Origin: a virus
Length of the DNA stretch: 64,000 bases
Reading direction: 5' to 3' (one strand)
IMG/VR virus record: IMGVR_UViG_3300036766_000686
Span: 1 to 64,000 of that record
Within the stretch, counting starts at the first letter, position 1, and every line of letters starts with the position of its first letter. Shown here piece after piece: positions 56,927-64,000 of the stretch. Position numbers and translations under genes: made by a program. The notes beneath the pieces are model-generated. The model saw nothing but the letters and a program-made list of their open reading frames with translations, searched no databases and was not told the DNA's origin.

Positions 56927-59245
56927 CTATGAGAAATTAACCCACGCCGTTACCCCATGCTCGACCGCGAGCCGACGTTGCCACGGGGTCGTCTCAAATC
57001 CGGATCTGACCTTGATTTCTTCCTGATGCTTGGCATTGGCTCGCGCTACTTCACGCCCGTCCACGTTGACGTTGGTGGGTTTACCTGCGGCTTTATTCGC
57101 CGCATTTGCCGCCGCTTCCGCTGATTTCGCCGCAGCCGCAGAGGACCGAGAGCTATCCGCTGTAAGCGCGCCTAACTCTTTCAACGTTTCCAAGAAATTT
57201 TCCCCGGCCTTGGTCTCCTTTTCTGAAACAACCGCTCCGCGTGCCGCAACCTGCTCTGCGAGCCCGCGAGCCCCCGGAGCCTTGGCTATCGGCGCTTTGT
57301 TTTCAAGCATCCCCGGGAGAAACCCCTTGGACATTGAACGGACAAGAGCGGGAACCATTGCTCCTTTGCCCGCCATATCGAATAGCGCGATTACCCCTGC
57401 CATGAATAATCGAATAGGGGCTGTAATAACGTCCGAGATCGTTGCGAATATCCACTTCAAACCAGTAGCGAGCATACCGAACGCGTCAAGGATAGACTTT
57501 GCTGCCATGATCCCATAGGTGCCTAACTCAATAACCCCAGTGACCAAAGTTGAAATCATCGCCCCAATGAACATTCCAACATTTTTCCAAGTCTCTGTGG
57601 ACTCTTCCGCCGATCCCCCGAACGCGGCAGACAACGCGGCTCCGCAAGCGACAATGGTATTAAGGATATCATCGAACACGTACCCCACAACCGCCCCGAG
57701 CCCTTCGAATACCGCCCACAGTTGATCCTTGAAAATGAGCACCACAGCAACCAGCGCCCACATAGGCCAGGTCATTCCCGCAATCACTGCGCCTATCCCT
57801 GAGATTATTGTCCAGAGCCCGGTGAATAGACCGAATAAACCCGATACCAAAAATCCCACCACTCCGAGTGACACGATCACAGGAAGAAGTGCGGCAGCGG
57901 CAAGCCCGATTACCACCCCGAACTTCACTATATTTCCAATCGCGTCGGAGCCGAAAGTTTCCACAATCCAAGACTTCGCGCGGGACATAGATTCTATAAA
58001 CCCGAGAACCATGCCACGCACCGTTTCGAAAGCCCCAGAAATTCCTATCGCCACAGCCTGTGAGGTCTCGTTTAGCTCACCGAAATCCCCCGACTTGACG
58101 GCCATCATTATCTTTACCATTTCCGCGGCTACGCCCCCCAGCGGTTCGGCAATTTTCATTAAGTTTTCCCCCAACACCTGTCCAAATAAAATTTCAATGC
58201 CCTCCTTCTGCGCCACAAGCTGTCTCATCTTAAAAGCCATCGTCCCCGCCATTTTCATAAACGCTTCCTCAGCCGCTCCAGACCGTTCCTTCATCCCCTC
58301 CAACATGTAATTGAACATCTCACCACTATTTGTAGTAATTGCCATGATTGCTCGCAAGGCGCGAGTGGAGCCGAATAATGCCGCAGAGGCCGCCTCGTTC
58401 CCGTACACCTTCGGGATTATCTCGCCCAAAAAACCCGCGAGCCCTTTCGACTTCAAAGCGGTCACAGAAAAATCCACCCCTAGTTTCTTCGCCGTATCGC
58501 TGGCTTCCTTTGTCGGGTTAAGCACGTTGGACAAGGCGGCGTTAAGTCCCGTTGTTGCCATCGTGGTGTCAACGCCTTGCATAGTGCAAGTGGCCAAACC
58601 CGCCGCCAGTTGCTCGAACGGGACCCTTAGTTGCGAAGCTACCGGGATGACCTTGCCCAGATTCGAGGCCAATTCGGGCATCGTGGTCTTGCCTAGTTTA
58701 ACCGCTGTAAACATTACGTCATTGGCGTCGGCAGCGGTAAGGTTCATCCCTTTATAGGCGTTGAGCGCAGTGGTCAACACGTCAACCGCCGAAAAGGTAT
58801 CCGTGAGCCCTGCGACCGCCAGTTTATTCGCGTTAATCAAAAGCCCAACCGCCGAGCTTGCCGTAATGTTTCCCGCCGATATCGCTTGGTATAACCCCTT
58901 GGCCTGCTCAGCGGCAGTGGTTCCGAAAGCCTCTGAGAGCTTTAACGCGGACGTCTCTATGGTCTTAATTGAAAACGCGGTGGGATCTGCGATGGTGCGT
59001 ACCTCCGTTACTGCGGTCTCGAACCCTCGCGCCGCTTCCATCGAGCGATACATGCCGTAAGTGAGCGGAGCGGCAGCTACGGACAATTTCATCAATGATC
59101 CGCCCACCGTGCCGATCCCTCGCGAAATCCTTTCTGCCCCGCCCCGCATTGACTCCATAGCCGCTTGCGTCCGAGCCATTGATTCCAACGCTTGTCGAGA
59201 ATCGAATTGGAAAATAGCTTTAAGAAAAAATGATTCCGTCGCCAT
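56927..59245 (-). CDS. Tape measure protein (TP901 family)
   Basis: AVKLGKTTMPELASNLGKVIPVA, Ala/Gly-rich helices, hydrophobic middle segment. Confidence 0.92.
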   Translation of the reverse strand: MATESFFLKAIFQFDSRQALESMARTQAAMESMRGGAERISRGIGTVGGSLMKLSVAAAPLTYGMYRSMEAARGFETAVTEVRTIADPTAFSIKTIETSALKLSEAFGTTAAEQAKGLYQAISAGNITASSAVGLLINANKLAVAGLTDTFSAVDVLTTALNAYKGMNLTAADANDVMFTAVKLGKTTMPELASNLGKVIPVASQLRVPFEQLAAGLATCTMQGVDTTMATTGLNAALSNVLNPTKEASDTAKKLGVDFSVTALKSKGLAGFLGEIIPKVYGNEAASAALFGSTRALRAIMAITTNSGEMFNYMLEGMKERSGAAEEAFMKMAGTMAFKMRQLVAQKEGIEILFGQVLGENLMKIAEPLGGVAAEMVKIMMAVKSGDFGELNETSQAVAIGISGAFETVRGMVLGFIESMSRAKSWIVETFGSDAIGNIVKFGVVIGLAAAALLPVIVSLGVVGFLVSGLFGLFTGLWTIISGIGAVIAGMTWPMWALVAVVLIFKDQLWAVFEGLGAVVGYVFDDILNTIVACGAALSAAFGGSAEESTETWKNVGMFIGAMISTLVTGVIELGTYGIMAAKSILDAFGMLATGLKWIFATISDVITAPIRLFMAGVIALFDMAGKGAMVPALVRSMSKGFLPGMLENKAPIAKAPGARGLAEQVAARGAVVSEKETKAGENFLETLKELGALTADSSRSSAAAAKSAEAAANAANKAAGKPTNVNVDGREVARANAKHQEEIKVRSGFETTPWQRRLAVEHGVTAWVNFS

Positions 59246-59478
59246 CAGCGGAGCCTTCCTCGATTAGATTTTTTAAGAAGCGGCGCCCACTTACCTTCTT
59301 CCTTTTGCAAAGTTTGGTTGAGTCTCGACAAATACTCCTGACGCTCCTCTCGTGTCATTTCCAAAGCGTCTCCCCATGTCACTCCGTTCCCGTAATAGGT
59401 GATTGAAAATAATTCATCATAAATTGCCTTTACGTCCGAGACGGGGAAGAAACTGCGAAAAAACTTTGATAGTTCCAA
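59245..59478 (-). CDS. Tail assembly chaperone, -1 frameshift extension (GT-like)
   Basis: Overlaps the 3' end of the upstream chaperone in the -1 frame at the T TTT TTC heptamer (59463-59457). Confidence 0.7.
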   Translation of the reverse strand: MELSKFFRSFFPVSDVKAIYDELFSITYYGNGVTWGDALEMTREERQEYLSRLNQTLQKEEGKWAPLLKKSNRGRLR

Positions 59479-60293
59479 TCAACTGTTCGCAGTACCAACG
59501 CCCTACACTGAGGTGTAGGACACTTGGCTTCAATGCGCATATCGGGACCGATCAAGTGTTGATCAAATTGTCCTACTATGCCCTCAAGGTCCCGCTTGGA
59601 AAGTTCGTCAATTTCGTTATCCGCAAGAGGTATCTCCCCGAGTTCCGCCGCGCCCCGTATCGCTCCGCATATCACCGCAAGCTTCCCCGATTCGAAATCC
59701 CAACGGCTCTCAGGGCGAGAAGTCTCCGCACGATGCCACGCCGGTTGACACAGCCACAACGTTTCCACCCGCTTTCCTCGAATCTCCATAGGGTTGATCA
59801 ACTTATACTCCCAGTAGGAGTCCTCAAGTTTGTCCACTACTGAAATCGTGAGCGACCCCAAGTCCCCAACCCAATCAAAACTTCTTCCGCAGACTGGGCA
59901 ATCCAAGGTCATCGGAAGTTCCGCTCCGATAGCCGAATAGCGAAGCCAGCAGTAGGCATGGAACACGTCACCCGCCGCCATTTGACTTACCACGAGCCTC
60001 CGCTCCTTGTCGGACATGCGGGTAAAGTCATGCGGGCCGATACGGGTACACATTGTAGCGAGGACATGGCCCACATATTCTGCCATGTTCGCCGTTTTCA
60101 AGTTCTCCCTCAGCCTGCCCAACTCCCGCTCTTGTTTCGCTTTCCACTCTCGAACCTCAAGCGACTTGTTGAGCGCTCCCCCCGGCTCCACGATTCCTAA
60201 CGCAAGCAACGGTCCCCGCTCAGCAAGGGAGACAACTGTTTTATTTCTGAGCCCTTCCGAAGGCTCTTTTTTCTTAGCTACGAACTCCTTCAC
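59430..60293 (-). CDS. Tail assembly chaperone with CxxC motifs
   Basis: Lies between the tube and tape measure genes. CPVCG and CPTPQC motifs. Confidence 0.75.
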   Translation of the reverse strand: MKEFVAKKKEPSEGLRNKTVVSLAERGPLLALGIVEPGGALNKSLEVREWKAKQERELGRLRENLKTANMAEYVGHVLATMCTRIGPHDFTRMSDKERRLVVSQMAAGDVFHAYCWLRYSAIGAELPMTLDCPVCGRSFDWVGDLGSLTISVVDKLEDSYWEYKLINPMEIRGKRVETLWLCQPAWHRAETSRPESRWDFESGKLAVICGAIRGAAELGEIPLADNEIDELSKRDLEGIVGQFDQHLIGPDMRIEAKCPTPQCRALVLRTVDWNYQSFFAVSSPSRT

Positions 60294-60364
60294 AGCGCAC
60301 CTCCAATCGGCTCACACGTCGAGCCTTGAGAAGCCCCGCTGGTTGGGGCAATTAGTTACTCGGT

Positions 60365-60805
60365 TTAGACGGGAGTGACCTCGTCCGCTTGAAACTTGTA
60401 GGTCAACTCGGCCATTTCGCCTTCGTTTTTCATGTCCCCTCCGGGGATAGTGCGACCCGAAATCCAGAGATTGAGCAACGAAAATGTCCTGACCCCGCCG
60501 TCCCCTCGGTAGAAAATCATCGTTGCCGCTTTTTTGTACCCCGGTTGCACAGGGTCCTGACCTTGCTTGTACCAGAGTTCCATTGCGGCAATTTCAACGT
60601 CGTGGTGCATCGGGAGTTTTCCCGAGAAGTTGACCGGCTTGGTCTGTCCCCCGCTCCTCACGGTGCGGTCGGGAAGGGTAACGGCTTCTAGTTCTTCTTC
60701 GATATCGTCGAAGGAGATCAGGGTGATCTTGGGCATTCCCAAAACCAAGAGGTCGAACTTGTTAAGCGGAATGTGATTTTCTTTTATGAGCCCTTTAATG
60801 GTCAT
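60365..60805 (-). CDS. Tail tube protein
   Basis: 146 aa, gp19-like pattern (W......D....KK.A......W), downstream of the sheath. Confidence 0.8.
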   Translation of the reverse strand: MTIKGLIKENHIPLNKFDLLVLGMPKITLISFDDIEEELEAVTLPDRTVRSGGQTKPVNFSGKLPMHHDVEIAAMELWYKQGQDPVQPGYKKAATMIFYRGDGGVRTFSLLNLWISGRTIPGGDMKNEGEMAELTYKFQADEVTPV

Positions 60806-60858
60806 TGAGATTCCTCCTTACGGCCAGTGCTTCCTAAAAGCCTGTTGCCTTACTCGAT

Positions 60859-61311
60859 TTATCGCACCGCAAGCGTGGCGGTCTGCCTGGTCCGCGCCGA
60901 CACTGTAACGTTGGCCGCACCTGTCGCCACCGCCGAAAGCGCAATAGTCACCACATCGTTTTCGGCCAGTGCGTCCGTCAATGCCGTTTCCGCCACCGTG
61001 CCGTCGGCATCGTCGTGGGCAACGCTGACCGAGCCCTTTTCCACGCCATTGACGTAAACCTTCGCCGTCGTTGTACCAGCCGTTCCGCAGATGCCGACGG
61101 CCATGCGCAGGTCGGTCAACACGCCCGCCTGCTCAACAACGGCGCCCACGAGCGTTACTGCAGTAGGCGAAGCCACGAAAGCGGTAATCAACTCGCGTAC
61201 CGCGTTGATTGCATTTACGATCGCCACGAGGACGTCGTAAAGCGTGTCCTTGCCCGCCATCTTGTCGAGCCCGCCGCCCGCCTCGCCCATATACTGTTCC
61301 AAATATTTCAT
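60859..61311 (-). CDS. Hypothetical virion protein between sheath and tube
   Basis: Ala/Val/Thr-rich 150 aa, GAGG RBS. Confidence 0.65.
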   Translation of the reverse strand: MKYLEQYMGEAGGGLDKMAGKDTLYDVLVAIVNAINAVRELITAFVASPTAVTLVGAVVEQAGVLTDLRMAVGICGTAGTTTAKVYVNGVEKGSVSVAHDDADGTVAETALTDALAENDVVTIALSAVATGAANVTVSARTRQTATLAVR

Positions 61312-61344
61312 TTCCTTTTCCTCCTATACGAGTGACCCGCGCGA

Positions 61345-63669
61345 TTACGGTGCCACGGATTCGAAAATTCCTGCCTTTGAGATATTGAATACCATTCGCT
61401 CCACGACTCCCACGAGCCGCAAAGTTATTTTCATTATCATGTCCCCCGCGTCTTTCGTTTCTGGGGTGTTGATTTCAAGGTCACACTTCAAGACGCAAGC
61501 GTCCTCGAATTTATAGTCCCTATCTAGCGCACCCTTGCGGTACTCGGCTTTGAAAAACTGCCGCACGGCTTGAAGCGTCATTTCCCGCGCCGAGGCGTCG
61601 TTGAGCGAGAAAATGATCCAATCAAAACTCTCCGCGAGGACCTGTTCGTAGTAGCTCATGGTTTCGCGTTGGTGCTTCCACTTCCACGTCGTGTCGGCGG
61701 CGGGGATGCGATCCCCCCAGATAACAAAGTTGCCTTGTTTGACCCGAATCACGGGGATGCCGCGCGGGTTCAAAAGCTCCTCGTTGAGTATTCGATTGCC
61801 CGTGGTCAACTTGATCACGGAGGGCAGAATCGCATCAATGCCCGCTTCCGCTCGATGGTATCCTTCGTTGTCCTCGGCCATCCGCGCCTCGCGCCCATGA
61901 ATTTCACCCGTTCGCGTGGTCAGCTTTAACTTGTTTTCTCCCACGCTCTCGGGGTCGGTCACGTAAGCGTAGGAAGGAAAGGTCACGGCCATATAGTTCG
62001 ACCGCCCGATCGTGTCGTTGACGTATGCGTCCGCGCCTTCATCCGAAGTTGTCCCCGAAGGAATCTCGATTCGGTACTGGTGGTTTTTCGCGTAGGAGTA
62101 AGCCACGCCCGCCTTCTGTACCGCGGTCGAAGTAACCCCGGGGGTTGCAAACTTTACGAGCCCCAAATTCTTGCCCGCTATGCGATTAAACAACGAGGTG
62201 CTGGGCTCCCACGCCTTGAGGTAATCTGCGTCCGCAACGTCCGCGTTCCCGTCTCGTCCCCCCTCAAACTCCTGAGCCACAGTCACCATGAACTGGTCCC
62301 CGTCCCCGCCGCTTGTCGTGAGGTCGGAGCCGTCTGCCACGGTGATCGTCTTGTGGTCGTTGTCGGTAATGCGGTAGCACTCGCGCTTGGCGTTAACTTT
62401 GTCGGGGTACAAGTACCCGCCGATCAACGCATCCGCAACAAACGGCTTAAAGTTAATCACAAGGGTATCCGCTGCGGAAAGCGCCGATACCCCCGCTGTA
62501 ATGGTGAACGTCGGAGCCCACTTGTTTTTCAACGCGCCGCCCGTTGCTGCCGTGGGGTTGAAGGCTGACCCAAGTGTAACCGTGCCTAAAGCTCCATACC
62601 TGTCCGAGACCACCGCGCCAGAGGTCGGGCTGGACATCGTGATCGTGATTTTCTGCGCCAACATTGTATCACTCGTTGACCCGAGGGCGCAGGTCGGATT
62701 GCCTCCTCCCGCCGAATTAATCGTGAAGTCGTGAATCAGGGAGGTCAGGACAGTTTTCGTCGGCGCTTCACTCGTGATCCCGTAAATGTTCGCGGGGCGA
62801 ACGTTCGCAACGATCTCCCCCGCGAACGACATGGTGGCGGTCACTTCATAATTCGATTCGTCGTTGTTAATGAGATTGACCCAGTAACGGGATGACGTGG
62901 AATCAAGCGACAGGTTCGGATAAGGGTTCACCAATGCGCCATCCACGTAAATGAACAGCCCGAATTCGGTATCAGGGTTTTCCTCGCCATCGCGTATCTC
63001 GACACTTAGCGCCTTCCCACTATTTTCGCGTACCAGATAGTAGCGAAGGTCAGCAGGAGTGCCCGCTTGCAAGTCGGCTTTCAACGTGGCGTCCGATGAC
63101 ACGGTGATCACCCCCGCTGCCGTGTTGCCTACGATCAGGTATTGCTTGGTGGGAGTAGCGGTGCCCGAGAGTTGAACGTACCCACCCGCCCACTCGTCCT
63201 TTTTGAAAGAGGTCGTGTCCTCGGTGTCGAGTGTGGTCGCCGTGAGCTTGCCAATAGCCGACAGGTCTTTGGAATACCTTTTGAGCTTACCGCCCCACCT
63301 TCCGCCGTTTTTCGCGGACAGCGTGCCCACGAGCGTCAACAACGATCCCCTCCGCGCGTACAAGTTGAAACTTGCCTTGACCTCGTTGCCATCGGTCAAG
63401 CGCAACGCAACGACCCCTCCTGCGCCTCCCGCGACCTTCAAGGAGTCGTAGATAGCGTCCGGGCACAGGGAATCCGAAATGTAACTGCCGATCCTTCTGA
63501 GCGCTTGATCTTTCGAAGCGATAAAAATTAATTCGTCGGTGGGTCCCTTTTCCAAGAGCCCCGCATAACCGCGCCATCCGAGAGCCCCCGGAACGATAGG
63601 ATTTCCTCCTGTCTGTTCAACGATTCGAGTGCCTGCCGCACGGGTGGGTCCGAAAACTCGTTGTGCCAT
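61345..63669 (-). CDS. Contractile tail sheath protein
   Basis: GLLEKGP, AKNGGRWG, GGRDG, LNPRGIPVIR...IWGDR, and the ERMVFNI C-terminus. Confidence 0.93.
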   Translation of the reverse strand: MAQRVFGPTRAAGTRIVEQTGGNPIVPGALGWRGYAGLLEKGPTDELIFIASKDQALRRIGSYISDSLCPDAIYDSLKVAGGAGGVVALRLTDGNEVKASFNLYARRGSLLTLVGTLSAKNGGRWGGKLKRYSKDLSAIGKLTATTLDTEDTTSFKKDEWAGGYVQLSGTATPTKQYLIVGNTAAGVITVSSDATLKADLQAGTPADLRYYLVRENSGKALSVEIRDGEENPDTEFGLFIYVDGALVNPYPNLSLDSTSSRYWVNLINNDESNYEVTATMSFAGEIVANVRPANIYGITSEAPTKTVLTSLIHDFTINSAGGGNPTCALGSTSDTMLAQKITITMSSPTSGAVVSDRYGALGTVTLGSAFNPTAATGGALKNKWAPTFTITAGVSALSAADTLVINFKPFVADALIGGYLYPDKVNAKRECYRITDNDHKTITVADGSDLTTSGGDGDQFMVTVAQEFEGGRDGNADVADADYLKAWEPSTSLFNRIAGKNLGLVKFATPGVTSTAVQKAGVAYSYAKNHQYRIEIPSGTTSDEGADAYVNDTIGRSNYMAVTFPSYAYVTDPESVGENKLKLTTRTGEIHGREARMAEDNEGYHRAEAGIDAILPSVIKLTTGNRILNEELLNPRGIPVIRVKQGNFVIWGDRIPAADTTWKWKHQRETMSYYEQVLAESFDWIIFSLNDASAREMTLQAVRQFFKAEYRKGALDRDYKFEDACVLKCDLEINTPETKDAGDMIMKITLRLVGVVERMVFNISKAGIFESVAP

Positions 63670-63695
63670 GTTTGATCTCCTTATCAGTGCCCGGG

Positions 63696-64000
63696 TCAGG
63701 TTGCCAAGGCGTATGTTACCGCGACCCGTTTAACCAACTTATCGTTCGATACATCACCGCCCCAAACCCTGAAATGTTCGACACGGACGGTCCTTGTCCA
63801 GTTGTGCAGGTCTTCGGCGTTCGGAGTGGGCCTGTAATCATAATCCGCTACCAGCCTCAGTGTATACCGTTCATCCAGTCCTGTCGATATTAGCTCAGGA
63901 TTGCGGGCGAGAAAACGGTTGAACGCGTCGGATAAACGGAAGTGATCTGTGAGCTTATCCGCTATCCCGCGAAGTGACAAATCCAGCGGGCCTTGCTGGG
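63696..64000 (-). CDS. Tail completion/terminator-like protein (5' end outside window)
   Basis: The frame stays open to the window edge and lies immediately upstream of the sheath. Confidence 0.55.
   Translation of the reverse strand, partial: QQGPLDLSLRGIADKLTDHFRLSDAFNRFLARNPELISTGLDERYTLRLVADYDYRPTPNAEDLHNWTRTVRVEHFRVWGGDVSNDKLVKRVAVTYALAT

Noticed and set aside
413-63893. Numerous plus-strand ORFs in the track (e.g. 839-1441, 6502-7380, 10258-11052, 43079-43798)
   Set aside because: They are antisense shadows of well-supported minus-strand genes in GC-rich DNA, with no motifs or RBS support.
1-64000. Stop-codon reassignment
   Set aside because: Long conserved genes are intact under the standard code, and TAA, TAG and TGA all terminate genes.

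Overview
This window is a 64-kb segment of a tailed dsDNA phage with a contractile (myovirus-type) tail. Essentially all real genes lie on the minus strand. The host is probably a myxobacterium or related deltaproteobacterium, inferred from a myxobacterial-type Zn/sigma70-region-4 protein. In transcription order (right to left) the modules are: (1) tail sheath, tube, chaperones with a -1 frameshift, tape measure, baseplate and fibres; (2) a lysis region with an M15 endolysin, an HNH gene and tRNA(CAT); (3) replication and recombination genes (SF2 helicase, repeat-containing initiator, intein-bearing DnaE, SSB, RecA, SbcCD, RuvC-like); (4) accessory genes (SpeD, MazG-like, Dam-like MTase, HPRT-like, sigma-r4); (5) a ~1.5-kb non-coding gap, then a self-contained operon (DUF, vWA metallopeptidase, MoxR ATPase, serine recombinase); (6) a holin-like gene, a metacaspase and an intein-bearing large terminase cut by the window edge. 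The most unusual signals are four. The DnaE intein has its homing-type endonuclease overprinted in the +1 frame with its own RBS. A 28-nt leader/trailer complementarity brackets the ~7-kb operon, together with a long structured leader. An HNH cassette appears to split one tRNA while carrying a replacement tRNA(CAT) inside its own 3' end. The phage encodes a metacaspase coupled to a holin-like gene. All family assignments come from motif recognition by eye; no searches were run.
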